Shown piece after piece: positions 56,760 through 64,000 of a stretch of 64,000 nucleotides of DNA (position 1 is its first letter; every line of letters begins with the position of its first letter). Below the pieces are notes generated by a model. It ran no database searches. It had not been told where the DNA came from and was given only the letters and a program-made list of their open reading frames with translations. The stretch covers positions 182,533 to 246,532 of the forward strand of contig JBAZJI010000001.1 in assembly GCA_041651395.1 (NCBI GenBank). Direction: 5' to 3'. Position numbers and translations under genes: made by a program. The stretch is from Minisyncoccota bacterium. Lineage in GTDB: Bacteria; Patescibacteriota; Minisyncoccia; Minisyncoccales; JAGOPM01.

Positions 56760-59700
56760 ATGAAAACCACAAAATTATTTTTGGTTTTTATCCTCGGTTT
56801 TGCCCTTGTAGCAGGTATGGCAATTCCTAATGGATATGCAAGTGCGCTCACAACCCAAGAGAAGTTAAGTCTCGTGGACCGCTTGAATGCTTTAAGCTCT
56901 ACCCAGCTTAAAAGCGTAATTGATTCCTTAAACGGTGGGCCAGCCCCCATTGATTCTAAGTCAATGCAATTGGCCATTGAGCTTTCCATGCTCTCGCAAA
57001 GCGAATTGACCGAAGTGGTCAAGCTTATCGGGACTTATGGCAGCGGCTCAACTTATTCGGGATCCAATTATGATCCGTATGGCGATAGTTATTATGGTGA
57101 TTCCTCGATGAGTATTAGTCTCTCTTCGAATTACTACAATCAGACTGTTGATTCTTCCTCTCAAAAAGAGATTGGCACCATCAATGCCTATGCTTATGGT
57201 TCCGCCCTTAATATCAACAGGATAGTTTTGAAATTCAACAAAGATATTTCCAGCGACCTTTCCAATGTCGCCCTTTTTGTAAATGGAAGCCAAGTGGCCG
57301 TAAAGCAATCATACTCGGTGACTGAATATGGCAGCAATGATTGGCGGCTTTCTTTCGATAGTTTATCTATTCCGGTTTCCAAAAATAGCTCCAAGTCTAT
57401 TACAGTCAAGGCACAGGCCAAGGAACTTTCCAGCTATAGCACTGGAAAAACTTTCCAATTCCAAATTCCTAATAGCGGCGTGCGCGCGAGCGAATCATAT
57501 TATTCGTCCAATTATGTCTATGGCGGCTCCACTTCTTGGCTGACTTTTTACACCGCTTCCAGCTATGGTAGCGGCAGCGGCAATGGCAGTTATCCTTCCT
57601 ATGGATATTTCAGTGTGGATAAAAATGCTAATGGCGGCACCAATTACATCGGCGCCAACGACGAGGAAGAGGTAGCTTGCTATAAGATTACGGCTCCGGC
57701 CCAAAATTTGAGGGTTAATCGGGTTGATTTCATGTTTAATAACGATTACACCAATGAAATCAAATGGCTCGCCTTGATCGACAAAAGCGAGAGTACTATT
57801 TTGGATTCAGGCACTTTTGGGGAAAGGACTTATGTAAGTTCTGGTCAGTACCAATATCGTTTCTCTGGATTTTCCCTCAACATTCCCGCCTATCAGACCA
57901 AAGAAGTTTGTTTGAAAATCCGCACCGGTGCCATCTCTTATGATAAATATGTCACTTATTCCATGCCTTCGCAGGGTGTTTTGGCGGTCGATGATTATGC
58001 GCAGACCAGATACGCGGCCGATACCACGGCCAACTACCTGACCATATCTTCGGGCTATGGTAACAATGATGATGGCAGCGGCAATTACAGCAATGGCGAA
58101 GCCAAAATCGTTGTAACCAATTCCACGATTAAGCGCACCTATGGCAGCTCTTATTCGGGATATTATGGTGAGGGCTCAATGACTGTGGCTGTTACAGCCG
58201 GCCGTTATGATGTGACTATTGCGCGCAATGATGGTAGCAGTAAGGGTTTTGTGGTCAGCTTGCTTTCCGAGAATGGCTCGCAAGCCGCTTCCAATTCTAC
58301 TTATCAGTGGCTCGGCCCGACCCAGACCGCGGATTATTACGATCACCATATTTCCGCTTACCAGACAAAATACTTTACCATTAACTTTAAGATTTACCCG
58401 AATTTTGGCGGTAATTATTATGCCAAGTTAAACGGCCTCTATTATACTGAGAATTATGCCACGCGTTACAGCTCGGCATATTTCAAGACCGAGAGCGTTT
58501 ATTTGGGCGAGGGCAGCGGCACTTACCCGCCTTCCAATAATAATGATGCCAGTATCAATGCTTATTTTCACAGCGCCACGGCTGACGGCAGTGTTTACAC
58601 TGATGCCAATGGCTATTCCTGCTATAGTAATTGCAGCTCAGGTTGCCTGCCCGGAAATTATAATTTGAAAGTTTCCGTTTCGGCTGTGGGCGGCGATGCC
58701 TTTTTCTGCGCTGATGAGCGCTGCGTGACTCCCTCTTTTGTGGGTGAAATTACCAGCCAATATGGCAGCACTCTTCCCTCATTTACGACCAAGATTGAAA
58801 GCAGCAATGCCGAAGAAACGACAGTTTACGAATCTCAGCTTAATGGCTACCAATATTTTTGGCAGGGTTATCCTTTGAAGTTTTATGTTGTCAGGCAAGG
58901 AACCAACCGCACTTTCAATATCAAGCTTAGCCGGGTGCAAATCGGCAACAATCAGAGCGGTTATTATTTGGCGAGAATCAAGAGCATTAATTGGTATTCC
59001 AGCGGCTTTGGTTCTTTGAAGCAATACAGCGGCAATTTGAGCAGTTTCAAGACCGAAACTACGCTTTTGAGCGCTTGTAATAATGGCGGCGGTTCCGGCT
59101 ATGGTTATTGCGGAGACGGAATCTGCAACAATAATGAAACTTATTACAGCTGTTCTACTGATTGCTCCAGCAATAGCCAGGGCAATGTTAATGTTTCCCT
59201 TTACTACACGCCAAGCGAGGTGACAGTGAAAACCAATGATTATGACAGGCAAGTGGTTTGTCACAAAATTACTACGGATTACAACAGCTTAACGGTTCAA
59301 AAAATCGCTTACAAATTTAACAGCGATGTTTATCCGAGCTTTTCCACCTTCGCCATTATGGATGGCAGCTCCAGGCTCGCCACCCAAAATGCTTCTAATC
59401 GACAGAGTGATTATTATGGCGGCTACAGCCTCGCCTTTGAGGGACTCAATATTTATATTCCGAGCAATTCCTCTAAGATTGTTTGCTTGGCGGCTACGCC
59501 CCAGCAAGATTATGGCTACAGCAGCAGTAAAACCTTTAATGTTTCTTTAGCGCAAAACGGTGTCCGGGCGACTACTAATTATAGTCAGACGGTTTTTGGC
59601 ACTGATTCGAGCAATAGGACCTTTTATCTCTCGCAAGGCTATCAAAGCTCGCCCATCACTATGGCACTTTCTACCAGCGATTATACTCGCGACCAGAATA

Positions 59701-61310
59701 TCAATTCCTACAAGACCTATGATGTTGTTTTGGGCAATGTGGAATTCAAGAGCAACCAAAGCGCTTATCTTACCGGTGTCAGGGGTAAATTAGTTGCCAC
59801 TTTACCGGTCACTGATTATTATCGCAGCGCCAATGATATTGCCTCTACTGTTTCTATTTGGGATAGTTATAGCCGTTTAGCCACTGCTTATGTTAACGAG
59901 GATGGCACTTTTGCCTTCACTGGTTTTTATGCCAATATTTACGGCAGCAGCTATCCGAAAACTTTAACTATCAAAGCCGATATCAATGCCAATACCTATG
60001 GCCAAGCTTATAATGGGGATCAAATTTATTTTGTCATCGACAGCCAAGATGTGACTGCGGATCGCGGCGTGGAAATTGCGCGCGTAATCTCTAAGACAGT
60101 TACCCTCAGGGGCAGTTATAATGGCGGCGGTTCAGGCTATGGTTATTGCGGAGACGGAATCTGCAACAATGGAGAAAGTTATTACACCTGCTACCGCGAT
60201 TGCTCTGGCTCTAGTTATGGCTATTGTGGAGATGGAATCTGTAATAACAATGAAACTTATTATTCTTGCTATTCGGATTGCTATAATAGCGGCTCCAGTG
60301 GTTATTATAATTTCACGGTTTCCATGGAATCCACGCCTCGTATCACTGTGGATAGGAGCACAACCGGCAAAGAAACAGCCAAGGCTACTTTTTCGCTCAA
60401 GCTCACTGCCCCAATGTATCAAACCATTTGGGTGCCAGCTGACAGTATTGAGGGCAACGCTATCAATAATTCCGACGGCTCTTCACCGGTTACCTACAAG
60501 ACTGTTACTTGCTCGGGCACTAGAGATACCAATAATTCCAGCCTTTACATTTTGCAGCCCAACCAGAGCATGATTTGCACTATCAACTTTGAGATTAGGC
60601 CGCAATCTTCGGGCAACCATTATGCCTATTTGACCGCGCTTAAGTATCGCACTAGTTTGACTGGCTCTGACACTAATTACATCACTTCCGATTTGCAGAA
60701 TACCTATAAGACCTCCCAAGTTTATCTCAATGCCATTGTGGGGGGCGGCACCAATTACGGCACGCCCACGATTATCCCGGCTTCCTTAACCTACAGCTCA
60801 GGCGACAATACTTTATACATGTCGGCCAATATCACCAATATCGGTTATTCGGCTGTGACTGAATACGGCTTCTCGCTCTACAAGCAAACTCAAGGCTATT
60901 CGGCCCGCCAGCTTATTGCCGAGATTGCCACAGTCAATTATCCGCAGTTAGTAGTGGCAACAAAGCGCAGCCCGGATCCCAATACGGTTTACTGTATCCG
61001 CGCCTATGCCAAAAATTCTTACGGTGAGTATGTTTCCCAGTCCTATGATGATAAGTGTATCACTACCGGCAACACGAGCGGCTCAGGCTCGGGCAGTGGT
61101 AGTGGTTCAGGCAGCGGCAGCACCCAGGGTTATGAGTGCCATCGTGGGGTAAAGATTTATACTAATGCCACGAGGCCCTATACCTATGGTGTAGGTTCTA
61201 GTAATAAAACCACTTGGGCTGAATATGTGGATTTAGCCAGTGCCAAGGATTTTATTAATACTATTATCAGCACGGCTCCGAGCATGGTTGATACTACGCA
61301 ATGTAATTAA
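56760..61310 (+). CDS. giant secreted low-complexity (S/Y/G/N/T-rich) protein (1516 aa) with CGDGICNN-ETYYSC-xDC modules
   Basis: Signal peptide MKTTKLFLVFILGFALVAGMAIPNGYASA. Four GGGSGYGYCGDGICNNNETYYSCSTDCS-type modules. (GS)n linker GNTSGSGSGSGSGSGSGST near the C-terminus. Confidence 0.7.
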   Translation: MKTTKLFLVFILGFALVAGMAIPNGYASALTTQEKLSLVDRLNALSSTQLKSVIDSLNGGPAPIDSKSMQLAIELSMLSQSELTEVVKLIGTYGSGSTYSGSNYDPYGDSYYGDSSMSISLSSNYYNQTVDSSSQKEIGTINAYAYGSALNINRIVLKFNKDISSDLSNVALFVNGSQVAVKQSYSVTEYGSNDWRLSFDSLSIPVSKNSSKSITVKAQAKELSSYSTGKTFQFQIPNSGVRASESYYSSNYVYGGSTSWLTFYTASSYGSGSGNGSYPSYGYFSVDKNANGGTNYIGANDEEEVACYKITAPAQNLRVNRVDFMFNNDYTNEIKWLALIDKSESTILDSGTFGERTYVSSGQYQYRFSGFSLNIPAYQTKEVCLKIRTGAISYDKYVTYSMPSQGVLAVDDYAQTRYAADTTANYLTISSGYGNNDDGSGNYSNGEAKIVVTNSTIKRTYGSSYSGYYGEGSMTVAVTAGRYDVTIARNDGSSKGFVVSLLSENGSQAASNSTYQWLGPTQTADYYDHHISAYQTKYFTINFKIYPNFGGNYYAKLNGLYYTENYATRYSSAYFKTESVYLGEGSGTYPPSNNNDASINAYFHSATADGSVYTDANGYSCYSNCSSGCLPGNYNLKVSVSAVGGDAFFCADERCVTPSFVGEITSQYGSTLPSFTTKIESSNAEETTVYESQLNGYQYFWQGYPLKFYVVRQGTNRTFNIKLSRVQIGNNQSGYYLARIKSINWYSSGFGSLKQYSGNLSSFKTETTLLSACNNGGGSGYGYCGDGICNNNETYYSCSTDCSSNSQGNVNVSLYYTPSEVTVKTNDYDRQVVCHKITTDYNSLTVQKIAYKFNSDVYPSFSTFAIMDGSSRLATQNASNRQSDYYGGYSLAFEGLNIYIPSNSSKIVCLAATPQQDYGYSSSKTFNVSLAQNGVRATTNYSQTVFGTDSSNRTFYLSQGYQSSPITMALSTSDYTRDQNINSYKTYDVVLGNVEFKSNQSAYLTGVRGKLVATLPVTDYYRSANDIASTVSIWDSYSRLATAYVNEDGTFAFTGFYANIYGSSYPKTLTIKADINANTYGQAYNGDQIYFVIDSQDVTADRGVEIARVISKTVTLRGSYNGGGSGYGYCGDGICNNGESYYTCYRDCSGSSYGYCGDGICNNNETYYSCYSDCYNSGSSGYYNFTVSMESTPRITVDRSTTGKETAKATFSLKLTAPMYQTIWVPADSIEGNAINNSDGSSPVTYKTVTCSGTRDTNNSSLYILQPNQSMICTINFEIRPQSSGNHYAYLTALKYRTSLTGSDTNYITSDLQNTYKTSQVYLNAIVGGGTNYGTPTIIPASLTYSSGDNTLYMSANITNIGYSAVTEYGFSLYKQTQGYSARQLIAEIATVNYPQLVVATKRSPDPNTVYCIRAYAKNSYGEYVSQSYDDKCITTGNTSGSGSGSGSGSGSGSTQGYECHRGVKIYTNATRPYTYGVGSSNKTTWAEYVDLASAKDFINTIISTAPSMVDTTQCN
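59085..60290 (+). repeat. three ~80-bp DNA repeats (about 85-90% identical) encoding CGDGICNN-E-YY-C-DC modules (59085-59170, 60123-60205, 60221-60290)
   Basis: ggcggcggttc(c/a)ggctatggttattgcggagacggaatctgcaacaat… read twice, plus a third more diverged copy. Confidence 0.6.
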
Positions 61311-61377
61311 ACTAACACCCCGCGAAAGCGGGGTGTTTTTGTAATCAAAGGTATTTGCTATAATAGAAATGATGTTT

Positions 61378-62370
61378 ATGAAAAAAATTATTTTAGCAGT
61401 CGCGATGCTTCTGGCGGCACAGGGAGCCATGGCTGCAGATATGAGAGTGGAAACAATCAAACAAACCGTGCCTGAAATAAAAGGGGAAGTAGAAGTTCAG
61501 GCCGGCTGTTTCAAAGTCACGGCACCGGGGCAAACCGGATTTTATATCAATAAAATCCAACTTTATTCGCCTAAAGATCCGGGGCAATATTTTTCCTCCA
61601 TCAAACTTGTTTCTAATCTCAATGGCAAACAGGTTATTTTAGGAGAATTGGCCGGCACTGATGCCGACAAAATTAAAGATAATGATTTCCGGCTGAATTT
61701 TCCCAAAATGTCTTTGCCCGTAGCCAGAGGCCAATACAAAAATGTCTGCATCATAGTTAAGGGTCTGCCCAATGTAACCAGTGATACAGAATTCAGTTTT
61801 ACGGTTTTGAAAAACGGCTTGCGCTCAATCGATGCCAAGAAAAAATCAGCCTACTCCAGCAAGCAATTAAGCTTTATTAAAATCAAGGTCAAAGCGGTTA
61901 AGGCGTCCATCCAGCCCTCAAATGGCTCAACCTCCACTAGCACGCCTTCGGCCGCGCCGTTTTACACGCTTAATTCCGACATCAAGATTAACCACAATTT
62001 AGCCGTAAGCGACACGGCTGATGCCACCATCCAGATACAGTTAAGTCCTAAGGGCGGGGATATTTATATTCCTACAAGCGGGGCAGTTTTGGCCCGAGGC
62101 ATGCGCAATGATTTTACCGAGACTACCTCTACTTTTTCCTATACGGTCAATGCCGATTTGCAGGGAAGCAATTATATTATCCGCAATGGCGATACCAAAT
62201 ACATTTCCGTGGCCATGCATATCGAGCCCAATAATACCGGCTACTTTTATGGCGAAGTCTATTCCATCGGTTGGAAGAATACTCCTGAGAGCGCCACCCT
62301 TAACCTAATGGATTATCCGGATATCGGACAACAATACCGGACAGCCACTGTTTATTTGATTAAACGTTAA
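61378..62370 (+). CDS. secreted hypothetical protein (signal peptide MKKIILAVAMLLAAQGAMA)
   Basis: ORF 61369-62370. Internal ATG 61378 gives a canonical signal peptide. Confidence 0.5.
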   Translation: MKKIILAVAMLLAAQGAMAADMRVETIKQTVPEIKGEVEVQAGCFKVTAPGQTGFYINKIQLYSPKDPGQYFSSIKLVSNLNGKQVILGELAGTDADKIKDNDFRLNFPKMSLPVARGQYKNVCIIVKGLPNVTSDTEFSFTVLKNGLRSIDAKKKSAYSSKQLSFIKIKVKAVKASIQPSNGSTSTSTPSAAPFYTLNSDIKINHNLAVSDTADATIQIQLSPKGGDIYIPTSGAVLARGMRNDFTETTSTFSYTVNADLQGSNYIIRNGDTKYISVAMHIEPNNTGYFYGEVYSIGWKNTPESATLNLMDYPDIGQQYRTATVYLIKR

Positions 62371-62476
62371 ATTGTCCCCAGCCACCTGCGATTTCCACAG
62401 GTGGCTTTTTGGTTAAAGAGGGCTATAATAAGTTTGCACCGGAATACACGGGGCAATTTTTCGCATTCGATTCGAT

Positions 62477-63730
62477 ATGGATAAAAAAAGAATTTTTGAC
62501 GTTGTTGTTCCGCAAAAAAAGATGCAGAACAAAAATATTTACAGAGTTCAATTAGAAACTTATAACACCCGGCCGCGGCGCGACCATGGGGCGCCGGGCG
62601 GGCTTTTGGTTTTTCTGTTTTTGGCCCTATCTTGCTTTTTAGTTTACTGGTTTTGGGAGCCCACGGCCCAAATAACCATGGTTATCTCCCCAGAGCGAGC
62701 CCAAAAAGAAATCGAGATTAAGGCCATTAAAAACACTTCCACAACCGACCTGAATAATCGGACTATCGCTCTTTACCAGCTAAGCGATCAATACACCCTG
62801 ACGCAGGATTTTCCGGCTACGCAAGCAGAGATAAACGACAAAGCCAAGGGCACTATCCGGATTTTTAATGAAACCGACAGCACTAAAACTTTTGTAACCG
62901 GGACACAGTTTTTAGCCGACAGCAATTTGATGTTTTCTATTGTCCAAAGGGTGACTATCCCGGCAGCCACCAGCGACGGTGGGAAATTGGTGCCCGGCAC
63001 CCTCGACGTTACGGCAGAGGCGGCCAAGCCGGGCGTGGAGTATAATATCGGCCCTTCGGTTTTTTCTATTCCCAAATTAAAAACCACTTCTTATTTTTCT
63101 AAAATCTACGCCAAATCTTTTGCGAACATGGCAGGCGGTTTTGTGGGCACGGGGTTAAAAGCCACTCCCGAAGATATCACCCAAGCCGACGATTTTATGT
63201 CGCGGGAAATTTTCAAAAAGGCCAAAGACACAATAGTGCAAAAATATTCCGAGCATAAAATTTTAGACACCACTTTTGAGCAAAGGGTCATGGCAACTTC
63301 GAGCAAGCTCGATCCCAATTCCAAAGAAAAAATGTTCACATACGAAATTAAAGTAGAAACGATTGTTCTGGCCACCAAGAAAAGTGATTTAGAATTTTTA
63401 GCTAAAAAAGCTTTGGGAGGGGAGCTAAAACAAGGCCAGATAATCGCCGAAAAGCTCTTTAATTATAAGATAATTTCCGAAAATGCCGATACGCAAAAAG
63501 GCCAAGCTTGGATAAGGGTAGAGGGCGCGGCTCCTTATTATTATCCGCCAAATTTTGAGCTCATAAAAACCGAAATTGCAGGCAAGCCCATAAGTCAAGT
63601 GCAAGGTATTATTGAGCCTATGTACCCGGGAAAGGTAAGCGAAATAAGGGTAAATTTGAACCCTCCCATTAAAGATAAGCTGCCCCAGGATATCCAAAAA
63701 ATCACCACAGTCCTGCAAGGGGTTGACTAA
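62477..63730 (+). CDS. membrane-anchored hypothetical protein (one N-terminal TM, large extracytoplasmic domain)
   Basis: GGLLVFLFLALSCFLVYWFW TM after a basic N-terminus; 417 aa. Confidence 0.5.
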   Translation: MDKKRIFDVVVPQKKMQNKNIYRVQLETYNTRPRRDHGAPGGLLVFLFLALSCFLVYWFWEPTAQITMVISPERAQKEIEIKAIKNTSTTDLNNRTIALYQLSDQYTLTQDFPATQAEINDKAKGTIRIFNETDSTKTFVTGTQFLADSNLMFSIVQRVTIPAATSDGGKLVPGTLDVTAEAAKPGVEYNIGPSVFSIPKLKTTSYFSKIYAKSFANMAGGFVGTGLKATPEDITQADDFMSREIFKKAKDTIVQKYSEHKILDTTFEQRVMATSSKLDPNSKEKMFTYEIKVETIVLATKKSDLEFLAKKALGGELKQGQIIAEKLFNYKIISENADTQKGQAWIRVEGAAPYYYPPNFELIKTEIAGKPISQVQGIIEPMYPGKVSEIRVNLNPPIKDKLPQDIQKITTVLQGVD

Positions 63731-63776
63731 TCGCGTTCTTTTTGCTACATTAATAACGCTTATCACTACAACCTAA

Positions 63777-64000
63777 ATGTCCAATTCAAACGGGATTATA
63801 AAAACGCAAGGAGTAATAACAGAAGCGCTCCCTAGTGCTTCTTTTAAGGTTCGTTTGCAAGATGGTAGGGAAATCATGGGGTTTCTCGGCGGCAAAATGA
63901 GGCTGCACCATATTAGGATTATGCCCGGAGATAAAGTGGAAGTAGAAATAAGCGAATATGATCAGACTAAATGCCGAATAACATTTAGGATGCGTCAATA
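63777..64000 (+). CDS. infA: translation initiation factor IF-1 (stop codon truncated by the window edge)
   Basis: …QGVITEALPSASFKVRLQDGREIMGFLGGKMRLHHIRIMPGDKVEVEISEYDQTKCRITFRMRQ aligns to IF-1 (S1-like OB fold). Confidence 0.8.
   Translation, partial: MSNSNGIIKTQGVITEALPSASFKVRLQDGREIMGFLGGKMRLHHIRIMPGDKVEVEISEYDQTKCRITFRMRQ

Noticed and set aside
63786-63998. 70-aa minus-strand ORF at the window end
   Set aside because: It is antisense to a clear IF-1 homolog on the plus strand.
1-64000. Possibility of an alternative genetic code (UGA recoding as in some CPR lineages)
   Set aside because: All long conserved genes (fusA, tuf, secY, alaS, nrdD, ribosomal proteins) are intact full-length ORFs under the standard code with no in-frame UGA needed.
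1-64000. CRISPR arrays, transposases, integrases, prophage genes
   Set aside because: No regularly spaced short direct repeats and no ORF with recombinase or transposase motifs were seen. The only repeats are intragenic protein-module repeats.

Overview
This is a bacterial window at roughly 45% GC, read in the standard genetic code; all long ribosomal-protein ORFs are intact, so there is no UGA recoding. Its core (28.2-45.8 kb) is a contiguous str-S10-spc-secY-adk-map ribosomal-protein block: rpsL, rpsG, fusA, tuf, rpsJ, rplC/D/W/B, rpsS, rplV, rpsC, rplP, rpmC, rpsQ, rplN/X/E, rpsZ, rpsH, rplF/R, rpsE, rplO, secY, adk, map. infA sits much later, at the window end. There is no rpmD (L30) between rpsE and rplO. 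That gap, several Lys/Ala- or Gly/Arg-rich ribosomal-protein extensions, an AlaRS lacking the C-Ala domain, and a dense set of giant secreted proteins together suggest a reduced-genome CPR/Patescibacteria-like organism; this is inference. Four giant signal-peptide proteins (2804, 1469, 1370 and 1516 aa) take up about one third of the window. They are Cys-rich and modular: repeated six-Cys ~48-aa modules, CGDGxC...NCPxDC modules, Kazal-like domains and FN3-like signatures, with DNA-level internal repeats. Also present are trxB(3' end)-trxA, mltG, class III anaerobic RNR nrdD-nrdG followed by an adenylate-kinase-like paralog, rpmB, tRNA-Pro(GGG), a site-2 protease-family membrane protein, a GT2 glycosyltransferase-GalT-like-tpiA-alaS operon, and several small secreted/lipoprotein genes. 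A ~2.2-kb ORF-free stretch rich in hairpins (21.6-23.8 kb) next to the tRNA is a candidate structured-ncRNA locus. No CRISPR array, transposase, integrase or rRNA was seen.
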